This document shows positions 42,250-52,242 of a stretch of 64,000 nucleotides of DNA, one piece after another. Numbering within the stretch: position 1 is the stretch's first letter; every line of letters starts with the position of its first letter. Origin of the DNA: Candidatus Rokuibacteriota bacterium (lineage in GTDB: Bacteria > Methylomirabilota > Methylomirabilia > Rokubacteriales > CSP1-6); the NCBI GenBank assembly GCA_044869815.1, contig JBIOXS010000143.1, positions 7,563 through 71,562 of the forward strand, read 5' to 3'. Under the pieces are notes generated by a model. It ran no database searches. It worked only from the letters and a program-made list of their open reading frames with translations, and was not told the origin of the DNA. A program made the position numbers and the translations under genes.

Positions 42250-44478
42250 ATGCGCTTTCTCGTCCGCCTGCTCGGCGGAATCTGGCTCGCGACGCTTCTG
42301 GTCTCCGCCGGCTTTGCCTACCTGGAGGTCCGCGAGGAGCGCGCGCGGCTCGTCGAGGACCTGAAGCGCCGCGCGGCCCTCGTCGGGTATACGGTCGGCC
42401 AGGCATCCGAGGGTCTCGTCGCGCGCGGCGGCAACAAGAACGGCCTCGATCGCGTCGTCGCGCGCTTCAGCCGCCCCGATCGTCCCATCGCCATCTACGA
42501 CGCGTTTGGGAGCGTGCTGGCGGCCACCGCCGAGGTGCGGCCGTCCCTCGGGCCGATCTCGCCGCTGATCAGCGAAGCCATCGAGAAGAACGAGCAGGTC
42601 GCGCGGTTCCATCCGGTCGCCGGCCGCCTCACGTGGGTGCACGTGGTGCCGCTCCAGCAGGACGAGCGGCCGGTGGGCGCCACCGCGATCTTGCTCGACG
42701 CCCAGTACCTCGACGCCGCCGACTGGAACCTCTGGCGTCGCACCGCCGTCCGCATCGGCGTGCTCATGCTGCTCGTCACCGGCATCACCTGGGCCGCCGT
42801 GCGCTGGTCGGTGACGCGACCGATGGCCCGCATCGCGGAATGGACGAAGCAGCTGAAAGCCGGCCAGCCGGTGGCCCCGCCGCCCGAGGCCGACGCGAGC
42901 CTCTTCGGTCCGCTCGCGACCGAGGTCACCAGCCTCGCGCGGACGCTCGCGCGCGTGCGCAACGCGGCCGAGCAGGAGGCGCGCCTGCGCCTGGCGGGAG
43001 AGAGCGTCTGGACGGAGGAACGGCTGAAGCAGTTCGTCGAGGCGCGCTTCGGAAGCCGGCCGGTCTTCGTCGTGTCGAACCGCGAGCCGGTCAGCCATGT
43101 CCGCGAGGGCCGCGGCGTTCGCGAGCTCGAGCCGGCGAGCGGCCTGGTCACGGCGCTGCAGCCAATTATGGAGGCGTGCGGCGGGGTCTGGGTCGCCCAC
43201 GGCAGCGGCAACGCCGATCGCCTGGTCGGCGAGCGCATCGGGCTGCCGTCCACCGATCCGACCTACACGCTCCGGCGCGTGTGGCTCAGCGACGAGGAAG
43301 AGGCCGGGTACTACTACGGCCTCGCCAACGAGGGACTGTGGCCGCTCTGCCACATCGTGCACGAACGGCCGCGCTTCCGGGCCGCCGACTGGCAGCAGTA
43401 CCGGCTCGTGAACGAGCGATTCGCCCGCGTCCTCCTCGAGGAGATGGAGAAGGCCGACGATCCGATCGTCCTCGTGCAGGACTACCACTTCGCGCTGCTG
43501 CCGCGGATCGTCAAGGAGGCGCGCCCCGACGCCCGCATCGCCCTGTTCTGGCACATTCCGTGGCCGAACTTCGAGGCCTTCGGCATCTGCCCCTGGCAGG
43601 AAGACATCCTGCTCGGCATGCTGGGCGCCGATCTGGTCGGCTTCCATACGCAGTTCTACTGCAACAACTTCCTGGAGACCGTCGAGCGCTCCATCGAAGG
43701 CCGGGTGGAGTGGGACCGGTTCACCGTGGTGCGCGGACAGCGCACGACGCACGTGCGACCGTTCCCCATCAGCGTCGCCACCGACGTGCTGAGCGACCCG
43801 GCGCCGGTGACCCGCGAGCAGCTGCTGGCGGAGCTCGGGGTGACGGCGGAGTTCATCGGCGTGGGTGTGGAGCGGGTCGACTACACGAAGGGCCTGCCGG
43901 AGCGGTTCCGCGCCATCCGCCGCTTCTTCGAGCGCTGGCCGGAGTTCCGCCGACGGGCCGTGTTCGTGCAGATCGCTTCACCGAGCCGGACGCGGATTCC
44001 GCGCTACCAGGAGCTCGCCGAGCAGACACGCGAGATCGTCCGCGCCATCAACGACGACCTCGGCGATCGCGGCTGGCAGCCGATCGTGTATCGCGAGCGC
44101 CATCACGATCACCGGGAGATCCAGCGGTATTACCGGCATGCGGACTTCTGCATGGTCACTTCGCTGCATGATGGGATGAACCTGGTGGCCAAGGAGTACG
44201 TGGCGGCCCGCGAGGACGATAACGGCGTCCTCATCCTGAGCCGGTTCACCGGCGCCTCCCACGAGCTCCGCGACGCCGTGCTCGTGAACCCCTACGACGT
44301 CGAGGACATGTCGGACGCCATCTACCGCGCGGTCACCATGGACGCCGCCGATCGCCGCTCGCGGATGAGCCGGATGCGCGCGCACGTTCGCGAGCACAAC
44401 ATCTTCGGCTGGGCGGGCCTGCTGCTGGCCGAACTGGCGCGGATCCCGCGCGAGGTGCTGCCGCGGCCGGCCGCCTGA
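42250..44478 (+). CDS. otsA: trehalose-6-phosphate synthase (GT20) fused to an N-terminal two-TM sensor-like module
   Basis: The C-terminal ~475 aa carry OtsA motifs (VSNREP, YYYGLANEGLWPLCH, VQDYHFALLP, LFWHIPWP, GADLVGFHT, VERVDYTKGL). The N-terminal ~265 aa have TM1, a loop of about 135 aa, TM2 and a helical linker. Confidence 0.88.
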   Translation: MRFLVRLLGGIWLATLLVSAGFAYLEVREERARLVEDLKRRAALVGYTVGQASEGLVARGGNKNGLDRVVARFSRPDRPIAIYDAFGSVLAATAEVRPSLGPISPLISEAIEKNEQVARFHPVAGRLTWVHVVPLQQDERPVGATAILLDAQYLDAADWNLWRRTAVRIGVLMLLVTGITWAAVRWSVTRPMARIAEWTKQLKAGQPVAPPPEADASLFGPLATEVTSLARTLARVRNAAEQEARLRLAGESVWTEERLKQFVEARFGSRPVFVVSNREPVSHVREGRGVRELEPASGLVTALQPIMEACGGVWVAHGSGNADRLVGERIGLPSTDPTYTLRRVWLSDEEEAGYYYGLANEGLWPLCHIVHERPRFRAADWQQYRLVNERFARVLLEEMEKADDPIVLVQDYHFALLPRIVKEARPDARIALFWHIPWPNFEAFGICPWQEDILLGMLGADLVGFHTQFYCNNFLETVERSIEGRVEWDRFTVVRGQRTTHVRPFPISVATDVLSDPAPVTREQLLAELGVTAEFIGVGVERVDYTKGLPERFRAIRRFFERWPEFRRRAVFVQIASPSRTRIPRYQELAEQTREIVRAINDDLGDRGWQPIVYRERHHDHREIQRYYRHADFCMVTSLHDGMNLVAKEYVAAREDDNGVLILSRFTGASHELRDAVLVNPYDVEDMSDAIYRAVTMDAADRRSRMSRMRAHVREHNIFGWAGLLLAELARIPREVLPRPAA

Positions 44479-44569
44479 GCGCCGAACCCGCTGCGCGGAT
44501 TCTGGTAAGAGTTACCTTTCCGGCTCGCCCGTCCGGGCTGCAAGCCATTGAAAAAGCGGCATTCCTCTG

Positions 44570-44585
44570 TGGCATCGCCCTTGCC
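44570..44585 (+). promoter_or_regulatory. sigma-54 (-24/-12) promoter candidate
   Basis: TGGCATCGCCCTTGCC, i.e. TGGCAT-N5-TTGC with consensus spacing, about 60 nt upstream of ATG 44644 in an unusually AT-rich spacer. Confidence 0.5.
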
Positions 44586-44643
44586 TTCCTCCCTGTTCGT
44601 TGCTGCGCCGACCGATCGATCCGGAGAAAGGTGAGACGACGCC

Positions 44644-44880
44644 ATGGAAGACGAGAAACTGACCGACATCTCGATGAAGGGCGCGCCGGCGTGCGGCCGG
44701 TGCCACATGCTGGTCGCCAGATATGCTCCGCAGGTCGTCGCATCGACCGGCACGTACCATCGCGAGTGCTTCGAGGCGTGGTACTTCGGCCGGTACGGTC
44801 GCCGTCCCAGCCTCCTGTCCGGCATCAACGGCGACCGGCATCGCTACCAGATCCGCGAAACCCAGCAGCGCGCCGCCTGA
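44644..44880 (+). CDS. small Cys/His protein (possible zinc ribbon), hypothetical
   Basis: 78 aa, CGRCH...YHREC spacing. AAAGGTGAG upstream. Confidence 0.5.
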   Translation: MEDEKLTDISMKGAPACGRCHMLVARYAPQVVASTGTYHRECFEAWYFGRYGRRPSLLSGINGDRHRYQIRETQQRAA

Positions 44881-44932
44881 CCGCGACTTAGAAAACGCTT
44901 GTGCGGTCGGCGGCCCGCGTCATACTTCAGGC

Positions 44933-46264
44933 GTGACGCGCAGCATTCTGGTCTGCTCGGACGACTTTCTCTGGCGCCTGCTCGCTGAGGGGGGCGCCTC
45001 CGACTTCGATGCTCTCCACCTCGTCGAGCAACCGCTGGCGCGGGCCCGGATCATCCAGCGCGGCGGCACCGCCCTCGCCGGTAACCTCGAGGGCGACGGC
45101 CTGTATCACCGCGCATTCCGCACCGGTCACGAACCCGTCCTTCTGGCCGTCGAACGCGCGCGCCAGGCACGCATCATCGCGGCCATCCGGCGCACGGCGC
45201 CCGAGGCGCCGATCATCACCCTCGGCGACTCCCTGGACGGCTTCGCCGAGCGCATGCTGGACCCCGCCCTCGAGCGGGCTCTGACGCGCGTCCGCGTCGA
45301 GCGGGTCCGCGCGCAGTTCGCGCGGGCGGAGCGCGTGCTGATCCTCATGCAGGACGATCCCGATCCCGACGCGATCGCCTCCGCCGTCGCCCTCAAGGCG
45401 CTGCTCGGGCGCAACCGGACGGCGACGACGATCGGCACCTTCGGCACCATCACCCGCGCCGAGAACCGCGCGATGACGCGCATCCTCGAGATCGAGGTGG
45501 AGGTCATCAAGCCACGCGCGCTCGAGGAATACGACCGCGTCGCGATCGTCGACGCGCAGCCGAGCTTCTTCGAGGAGCGCATCGACCGCGTCGACTTCGT
45601 CGTGGATCACCACCCCGAGGACATCCCGGTCCGCGCCCTCATGAAGGACATCCGGCCGTCGTACGGCGCCACCGCCACCATCCTCACCGAATATCTGCGG
45701 TCGGTCGAGGCGAAGCTGCCGCAGCGCCTGGCCACCGCGCTGCTCTACGGCATCAAGGCCGATACCCAGCACCTCGAGCGCGGCGCCACGCGGGCCGACA
45801 TGGAGGCCTTTGCCTTCGTCCACGGCCACGCCAACCACTCCGCCCTCCGTCGCATCGAGCGGCCGGAGCTGCCCGAGGCCGCCCTCGACGTGCTGGCGCG
45901 CGGCATCGCCCAGCGACATGTCGTGGGCGCCGTCGTCTTCGCGCACCTCGGTCCCGTCGCCTACCCGGAGCTCGTCGCACAGTTCGCCGACTTCTTCCTG
46001 CAGGTCGAGGGCGCCGAGTGGTCGGTCGTCTCCGGCACCGTGCAGGGCGAGCTGCACGTCTCGGTGCGCAACGTCGGCTACGTGCGCGCTGCCGGCGAGG
46101 TCGTCCGGCTCGCCTTCGGCGACCTCGGCGGCGCCGGCGGTCACCGCTCGATGGCGAAGGCCGTGATCCGCTTGCGCGACTGGCGCGCGCGGCAGGGGGC
46201 GGCGACGTCGCACGCGCTCGCCGGCGGCATCGTCGCCCGCTTCACGCGCGCCCTGCGGAGCTAG
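44933..46264 (+). CDS. DHH/DHHA1-family phosphoesterase with N-terminal extension
   Basis: ILMQDDPDPDAIASAVAL, AIVDAQ, VVDHHP (DHH motif) and GGAGGHRSMAKA (DHHA1 GGGH motif). GTG start at 44933. Confidence 0.82.
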   Translation: MTRSILVCSDDFLWRLLAEGGASDFDALHLVEQPLARARIIQRGGTALAGNLEGDGLYHRAFRTGHEPVLLAVERARQARIIAAIRRTAPEAPIITLGDSLDGFAERMLDPALERALTRVRVERVRAQFARAERVLILMQDDPDPDAIASAVALKALLGRNRTATTIGTFGTITRAENRAMTRILEIEVEVIKPRALEEYDRVAIVDAQPSFFEERIDRVDFVVDHHPEDIPVRALMKDIRPSYGATATILTEYLRSVEAKLPQRLATALLYGIKADTQHLERGATRADMEAFAFVHGHANHSALRRIERPELPEAALDVLARGIAQRHVVGAVVFAHLGPVAYPELVAQFADFFLQVEGAEWSVVSGTVQGELHVSVRNVGYVRAAGEVVRLAFGDLGGAGGHRSMAKAVIRLRDWRARQGAATSHALAGGIVARFTRALRS

Positions 46265-46265
46265 C

Positions 46266-47612
46266 ATGGAAGAGACCGCGCGACTCACCGAGTCGATCAA
46301 GGAGCTGCTCGGCGCGGGTCGCGCGGAGCGCCTGGCCGACGTGCTCGAGGCCGCGCACGCCGCCGACGTCGCCGCCGCCCTGCGCGAGCTCGCCTTGCCG
46401 GACCAGGTCCAGCTCTTCCGACTCCTGTCGCCCCAGCATGCCGGCGACGTCCTCTCCGAGCTGGACGACGCGACGCGCACCGAGCTCGTGCGCGCCCTCG
46501 ACGAGGTCGAGATCTCGCGCATCCTCGATCGAATGCCCTCCGACCACGTCGTCGACGTCGTCGAGGAGCTGCCGCGCGAGGAGGCCGACAAGCTCCTCGA
46601 CCTCATGCAGGAGGACAAGTCCGAGGAGGTCCAGGAGCTCCTCGAGTACGGCGAGAAGACGGCGGGCCGGCTCATGTCGACGCGCTTCATCGCCGTCTAC
46701 GAGAGCGCCACCGTGGCCGAGGCCATCGATCACATCCGCAAGGCCGCCTCCGGCGACAATGCCTTCTATCTCTACGTCGTCGACGAGCACGACCACCTGG
46801 TGGGCGTGCTGCCGCTCCATCGACTCCTCGCCGCCAATCCCGTCACGCCGATCCGCACGATCCGCAGCGACACCGTCGAGAGCGTCGGTGTCGATACCGA
46901 CCAGGAAGAGGTCGCCCAGCTCGCGCGGCGCTACAAGCTCCTGCAAGTGCCCGTGGTCGACGACAAGCGCCGGCTCGTCGGCGCCATCAGCGCCGACGAC
47001 GTGATCGACGTCATCCACGAAGAGGCGACCGAGGACATCCAGCGCCTCGGCGGCGTCGGCGGCGACGAGACCGTGCTCGACCCGCCTCGTCAGGTCTTCC
47101 GGTCGCGAATGACGTGGCGGCTCATCAACCTCGGCACCGCCGTACTCGCGGCCTCGGTCATCGGGCTGTTCGAGGCGTCCATCCACGCGGTGGCGACCCT
47201 CGCCGTCTTCATGCCGATCGTGGCGTCGATGGGCGGCATCGGGACGACGCAGACGGCCACGGTGGTGGTGCGGGGCCTGGCCGTGGGCGACCTCACGCAC
47301 GGCGTGCTCCGTCGCGTGCTCAAGAAGGAACTATGGCTCGGCCTCACCACCGGCGCGGCCAACGGCCTGGTGATTGCTGCGATCGCCTACGCATGGAAGG
47401 GGCACTGGCTGTTGTCTGCGATCCTCGGGGTCGCCATGATCGCAACGATGCTGGTGGCCGCCGTCGTCGGCACGCTGGTGCCGGTGGCTCTGAAGGCCTT
47501 TCGCGTCGATCCCGCTATCGCGTCCAGCGTGATCATCACGACGTTCACGGATGTCTGCGGTTTCTTTTCATTTTTGGGACTGGCGACGCTGCTCATCGGC
47601 TTCTTGCTGTAA
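46266..47612 (+). CDS. mgtE: magnesium transporter MgtE
   Basis: MgtE N-domain, tandem CBS domains, and a C-terminal 5-TM domain with VFMPIVASMGGIGTTQTATVVVRGLAVG. Confidence 0.93.
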   Translation: MEETARLTESIKELLGAGRAERLADVLEAAHAADVAAALRELALPDQVQLFRLLSPQHAGDVLSELDDATRTELVRALDEVEISRILDRMPSDHVVDVVEELPREEADKLLDLMQEDKSEEVQELLEYGEKTAGRLMSTRFIAVYESATVAEAIDHIRKAASGDNAFYLYVVDEHDHLVGVLPLHRLLAANPVTPIRTIRSDTVESVGVDTDQEEVAQLARRYKLLQVPVVDDKRRLVGAISADDVIDVIHEEATEDIQRLGGVGGDETVLDPPRQVFRSRMTWRLINLGTAVLAASVIGLFEASIHAVATLAVFMPIVASMGGIGTTQTATVVVRGLAVGDLTHGVLRRVLKKELWLGLTTGAANGLVIAAIAYAWKGHWLLSAILGVAMIATMLVAAVVGTLVPVALKAFRVDPAIASSVIITTFTDVCGFFSFLGLATLLIGFLL

Positions 47613-47625
47613 ACCGACATCCGGC

Positions 47626-47655
47626 TTGGCAATGCTACAGCCGGCCGGGTAGAAT
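47626..47655 (+). promoter_or_regulatory. sigma-70-type promoter candidate
   Basis: TTGGCA, 18-nt spacer, TAGAAT, about 50 nt upstream of GTG 47704. Confidence 0.35.
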
Positions 47656-47703
47656 ACGCCCGAAAATCGACGGCCTCGATCCCAGCACGCCGGAGGGAAA
47701 CAC

Positions 47704-48333
47704 GTGGACGTAGCGTTGGAGAAGAGGCAGGTCGAGCGCGCCTACGAGTTGCTGGCCCCGGTTTACGACTTCGTCTTCGATTGGATCTTCGCGCCGGGCC
47801 GCACGGCGGCCGTGAGCCAGCTGGCGCTCGCGAAGAGCGATACGGTCCTCGAAGTCGGCATCGGCACCGGGCTCAACTTGCCGCTCTACCCGCCGCTCAC
47901 TCGACTGACCGGTATCGATCTCTCGTCCGAGATGCTCGACAAGGCGGTCGAGCGGGTGCAGAACCTCGCGATGCCGAACGTGACGCTGAAGGTGATGGAC
48001 GCGACGTCCCTCGATTTCGCGGACAACGAGTTCGACAAGGCGCTCGCGACCTACACGATCTCGGCGGTGCCCGATCCGGTGGCCGTGCTGCGCGAGATGC
48101 GCCGTGTGGTGAAGCCCGGCGGAACGATCGTGATCCTGAATCACTTCCGCAGCGAGGGACGGATCACCAGCCGCGCCGAGGATCTGGTGGCGCCGGTGTG
48201 CACCCGCCTCGGCTGGAAGTCGAACCTGGCCTTGAAGCCGCTCCTCGCCACCGTCGGCCTCACGCCCGAGCTCGTCCAGAAGGTGAACATGTTCAACGGT
48301 TGGCGCCTCGTGAAGTGCGTCAACCGCAAGTAG
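47704..48333 (+). CDS. class I SAM-dependent methyltransferase (PmtA/UbiE-like)
   Basis: VLEVGIGTGLNL SAM-binding motif I and a KPGGTIVILNH post-II motif. Confidence 0.82.
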   Translation: MDVALEKRQVERAYELLAPVYDFVFDWIFAPGRTAAVSQLALAKSDTVLEVGIGTGLNLPLYPPLTRLTGIDLSSEMLDKAVERVQNLAMPNVTLKVMDATSLDFADNEFDKALATYTISAVPDPVAVLREMRRVVKPGGTIVILNHFRSEGRITSRAEDLVAPVCTRLGWKSNLALKPLLATVGLTPELVQKVNMFNGWRLVKCVNRK

Positions 48334-49301
48334 CGGCCCTCTCCCTCGGTCTCGCCGCCGCCCTCGCCCTCGTCGCGCCGGTCGTCCTGGCCGCGCGCGC
48401 GCTCGTCCTCAGCGTGGCGTTCCTGGCGGAATTCCTTTCCGACGGCGCCGTCCCCGCGCTCGCGACCCTCACGCCGCCGCCGCTCGGCGTCGCCGTCGAC
48501 GCCGACACCGATCGCTATCGCCCGGGTGGGCTGGCGGCCGGCATGCCGCTCGTGCTCGTGCACGGCCTCACGCCGGCTGGCAAGGACGATCCCCGGCTGC
48601 GCCGAGCCGCACGACTGCTGGCGCGCGCCGGCTTCGACGTCGTGGTGCCGACGATCCCCGGTCTGACGCGCGGCCGGCTCCGTCCCGATGATGCGCGTCC
48701 CGTGGTCGCGGCGCTGACGCTACGCTCCGAGCCCGCGCGCCTCGTGAGCGTGAGCGTCGGCGCGGCGCCGGCCTTTCTGGCCGCGGGCGACCCGGCCGTC
48801 GACGGACGCGTCCGCACTCTCCTCGCGCTCGGTCCCCACGCCTCCGCGCTCGAGCTGATCCGATTTCACCTCACCGGCGAGTACGCCTGGGACGGCGTGC
48901 GCGGCCGCGTGGCGCGTGATCCGAAGCTGACGCGCGCCCTCATCGAGGCGAACGCCGAGCTCGCGGATCCCACCCTCCGCGCGGCGCTCGCCACGGCAGA
49001 GCCCGCGCGCGTCGATGCCGCCATGGCCGCACTGCCGGCCGGCACGCGGCAACTCATGGCGCAGCTGTCGCCGGAACGGACGGTTACCGCCGTCCGGGCG
49101 CCGATCGTGCTGGTGCACGGCCGCGCCGACCCCGCCGTTCCCTACTCCGAGAGCCTGCGTCTGGCCGCCGCCCGTCCGGCGCATACGCGGGTCGTGCTCG
49201 TGGGCGCGATCGGCCACGTGGAAGGTGCGGCCGGGCTCGGCGGCGCCGCGGATCTCGTCCGCTTGCTCGGGGTGGTCTACGGGCTCGTCGCGCTGGACTG
49301 A
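48315..49301 (+). CDS. alpha/beta hydrolase-fold protein (membrane anchored)
   Basis: N-terminal TM segment, PLVLVHGL, and C-terminal VLVHGRADPAVP...IGHVE. The start (GTG 48315) is uncertain. Confidence 0.6.
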   Translation: MRQPQVAALSLGLAAALALVAPVVLAARALVLSVAFLAEFLSDGAVPALATLTPPPLGVAVDADTDRYRPGGLAAGMPLVLVHGLTPAGKDDPRLRRAARLLARAGFDVVVPTIPGLTRGRLRPDDARPVVAALTLRSEPARLVSVSVGAAPAFLAAGDPAVDGRVRTLLALGPHASALELIRFHLTGEYAWDGVRGRVARDPKLTRALIEANAELADPTLRAALATAEPARVDAAMAALPAGTRQLMAQLSPERTVTAVRAPIVLVHGRADPAVPYSESLRLAAARPAHTRVVLVGAIGHVEGAAGLGGAADLVRLLGVVYGLVALD

Positions 49302-50746
49302 GGGCCGGGCGGCCGACTCTCGGCCGGGCGCTGGACGTTCCACGCCGAGAGCTTGGCGAGGACGGTGTTGCGATGCACGCCGAGCAGGCGCGCGGCCCGG
49401 CTGACGTTCCACTGCACGCGCTCGAGCACACGCAGCACGTATTGCCGCTCGAACCGGTCGCAGGCCTCGCGCAGCGGCACGCCGTCGTCCTCGCTCAGCC
49501 GCGCGCCGGTCTCCGGCATGGCCACGTCGAGCGGCACGTCGGGCAGGTGCAGCACCGGGCTCGAGGCCAGCACGACGGCGCGGTGGACCACGTTCTCCAG
49601 CTCCCGCACGTTGCCGGGCCAGTCGTAGCGCACCAGCACCTCAAGCGCGCCGGCGGAGACCGCGCGCACGTCACGGTTGCACTCGCGGGCGGCCTTTCGC
49701 ACGAAGTGCTCGACCAGGTACGGGATGTCGTCGCGCCGCGCCCGCAGCGGCGGCACGTGGATCGGCACCACGTTGAGGCGATAGTAGAGATCCTCGCGAA
49801 ACGTCCGCCCGCGCACGGCGGCCTTGAGGTTCACGTTGGTCGCGGCGAGCACTCGCACGTCGACGGGGACGGTGCGCTGGCCGCCGACGCGCTCGATCTC
49901 GCGCTGCTGGAGCACGCGCAGGAGCTTGGCCTGGAGATCCAGACGCAGCGAGCCGATCTCGTCGAGGAAGACGGTGCCCCCCTGGGCGAGCTCGAAGCGC
50001 CCGAGGCGGCGGGCGTGGGCGCCCGTGAACGCGCCCTTTTCGTGACCGAAGAGCTCCGATTCGATCAGCGTCTCGGGGATGGCCGCCACGTTCACGGCCA
50101 CGAACGGCTGCCCCGCGCGCTCACTCTTGTGATGGATGGCGCGCGCGATGAGCTCCTTACCGGTTCCGCTCTCGCCGGTGATGAGCACGGTGGTCGGTGT
50201 CGGGGCGATCTGCGTGATGAGCTGGTACACGCGCACCATCTCGGGGTGGCGGCCGACCATGCCCTCGAAACCGACGGAGGCCTCCACGCCGCTCGGCGTG
50301 AGCACCGAGCGGAGGCACAGCACCTCGCGCTCGAGCGCGCGCTTTTCGAGCGCGCGATCGGCCAGACCCAGGATGTCGTCGACGTCGAAGGGCTTGGTGA
50401 GGTAGTCGTAGGCGCCGCGCTTGAGGGCCTCCACCGCCGTGCGCACCTCGCGCACGGCCGTCGCCAGCACGACCACGACCGAGGGATCGAGCGCCTTCAC
50501 GCGAGGCAGGACGTCGACTCCGGCCTCACCGGGCATGCGCTGATCCAGCATGACGAGGTCGACGTCGCGGGCGGCCAGCACCTCGAGGGCGGCTTCGCCG
50601 TTGTCCGCTTCGAGGACCTCGCACGTCTCCTCGAGGATCGCGCGGACGGAGGCGCGCACCCCTTCCTCGTCGTCGACGACGAGCACGGTGCCGCGGCGCT
50701 GCATGGTCGGCAGCGGCGGCTCGGCGAGGACGCCGTGCGTGCTCAC
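49277..50746 (-). CDS. sigma-54-dependent response regulator (NtrC family)
   Basis: REC domain (VLVVDDEE...[10 protein letters not shown]), AAA+ domain with [15 protein letters not shown] and [15 protein letters not shown] (GAFTGA), and a C-terminal Fis-type HTH. Confidence 0.93.
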   Translation of the reverse strand: MSTHGVLAEPPLPTMQRRGTVLVVDDEEGVRASVRAILEETCEVLEADNGEAALEVLAARDVDLVMLDQRMPGEAGVDVLPRVKALDPSVVVVLATAVREVRTAVEALKRGAYDYLTKPFDVDDILGLADRALEKRALEREVLCLRSVLTPSGVEASVGFEGMVGRHPEMVRVYQLITQIAPTPTTVLITGESGTGKELIARAIHHKSERAGQPFVAVNVAAIPETLIESELFGHEKGAFTGAHARRLGRFELAQGGTVFLDEIGSLRLDLQAKLLRVLQQREIERVGGQRTVPVDVRVLAATNVNLKAAVRGRTFREDLYYRLNVVPIHVPPLRARRDDIPYLVEHFVRKAARECNRDVRAVSAGALEVLVRYDWPGNVRELENVVHRAVVLASSPVLHLPDVPLDVAMPETGARLSEDDGVPLREACDRFERQYVLRVLERVQWNVSRAARLLGVHRNTVLAKLSAWNVQRPAESRPPGPQSSATSP

Positions 50747-52221
50747 GGCCGGCCGGCGCGCTCGAGCACGACGTACTGGTTGCGGCCCTCACCACCAGGG
50801 CGGTGGACATAGAGCAGCGCCGATTCACCGGGCGCCAGCGCCGCCAAGGCACGGCGCAGCTCGGCGGGATCGGACAGAGGCTGCTGCGCGGCCTCGAGGA
50901 TGACGTCGCCGCGCCGCAATCCGGCGATGTCGGCGGCGCTACCGGTGGCGACGTCGATGACGACGACACCGCGCGTGTAAGGCACCTTCAAACGCTCGGC
51001 GAGATCGGCGGACAACGCCTCCGCACGGAGGCCGAAGCCATCGGCGGCGGGCTCGACGGCGACCGGCGTGACGTCCTCGGTGGGCATCTCACCGACCGTC
51101 ACCGTGAGCGGCACCGGCTTGCTGTCGCGCACGACGGTCACCTTCGCCGGCTGACCCGGCGCGATCGCGGCCACGCGGCGCTGGAGATCGGGCACCTCGC
51201 GGATGCGCACGCCGCCGAACTCCACCACGACGTCGCCCGCTCGCACCCCGCCGGTATCGGCGGGTCCGCCCTTCATCACGTCGGCCACGAGGACGCCTTC
51301 CCGCTCGCGCACGCCGAAGGTCCCGGCCAGCTCATCGGTGACGTCCTGGATCACGACCCCGAGCCAGCCCCGCACGACCCGCCCGCGCGCGATCAGCTGC
51401 CCCATCACCGCGCGGGCCTCGTTGATCGGGATGGAGAAGCCGATGCCCTGCCCCGTGGCCACGATGGCGGTGTTGATCCCGATGACCTTGCCGTCGAGAT
51501 TCAGCAGCGGGCCGCCGGAGTTGCCCGGATTGATCGAGGCGTCGGTCTGGATGAAGTTTTCGTAGGTCGCGACTCCCACGCGGTTGCGGGCGGTCGCCGA
51601 GATGATGCCGACGGTCACCGTGCGGTCGAGCCCGAAGGGATTGCCGATCGCGATCGCCCATTGGCCGACCCGGAGGCGGTCGGAGTCGGCCAGCTCGGCC
51701 ACCGGCAGCGGCGCCGGCGCCTCGACCTTGAGCACGGCCAGATCCGTCTTGGGATCGCGTCCCACGAGCGTGGCCGAGAACTTCCGCGAGTCCGAGAGTC
51801 GCACGGTGATGTCCCGAGCGTTCTCGATCACGTGGTTGTTCGTCAAGATGTATCCCTTTGGATCCACGATGACGCCCGAGCCACTGGCGCGGCCGTCGTC
51901 GCGCGGCCGGCGCCGGAAATAGCGCTCGTAGAGCTCGTCGCCGAAGAACTCGCGGAAGCGCTCGTCGCCCTCGCCGCCGCCACCGGGAGGCGTGCTCTTG
52001 TCGGGTACGGCGCTCACGTTCACCACGGCCGGCGTCACCCGATCGGCCACCGCCGTGAACGCGTCCTCAAGCGCGCGCAACACCGCGCGGGGATCGACGT
52101 CGGTCTTCGCCTTCTCGCGCCCGGCATTGGGCCGTGACTTGCCGGAGGTCTGGGCGGCGGCCGGCGAGACAAGGAGCAGGACGGCGGCCGCGGCCACGAG
52201 CGCTTTCATCGGAGAGCGCAA
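50743..52221 (-). CDS. periplasmic serine endoprotease DegP/HtrA family (two PDZ domains)
   Basis: Signal peptide, catalytic motifs TNNHV, TDLAVLKV, GNSGGPLLN, then two PDZ domains. An alternative ATG lies at 52209. Confidence 0.92.
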   Translation of the reverse strand: MRSPMKALVAAAAVLLLVSPAAAQTSGKSRPNAGREKAKTDVDPRAVLRALEDAFTAVADRVTPAVVNVSAVPDKSTPPGGGGEGDERFREFFGDELYERYFRRRPRDDGRASGSGVIVDPKGYILTNNHVIENARDITVRLSDSRKFSATLVGRDPKTDLAVLKVEAPAPLPVAELADSDRLRVGQWAIAIGNPFGLDRTVTVGIISATARNRVGVATYENFIQTDASINPGNSGGPLLNLDGKVIGINTAIVATGQGIGFSIPINEARAVMGQLIARGRVVRGWLGVVIQDVTDELAGTFGVREREGVLVADVMKGGPADTGGVRAGDVVVEFGGVRIREVPDLQRRVAAIAPGQPAKVTVVRDSKPVPLTVTVGEMPTEDVTPVAVEPAADGFGLRAEALSADLAERLKVPYTRGVVVIDVATGSAADIAGLRRGDVILEAAQQPLSDPAELRRALAALAPGESALLYVHRPGGEGRNQYVVLERAGRP

Positions 52222-52242
52222 TTCTACCGCCGCGCGCCCGGA

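Noticed and set aside
47626-47641. TGGCAATGCTACAGC upstream of the methyltransferase, considered as a weak sigma-54 site.
   Set aside because: GG and GC are correctly spaced, but the -12 region reads CAGC rather than TTGC. The same region gives a reasonable sigma-70 TTGGCA-N18-TAGAAT, so I reported it only as a low-confidence sigma-70 candidate.
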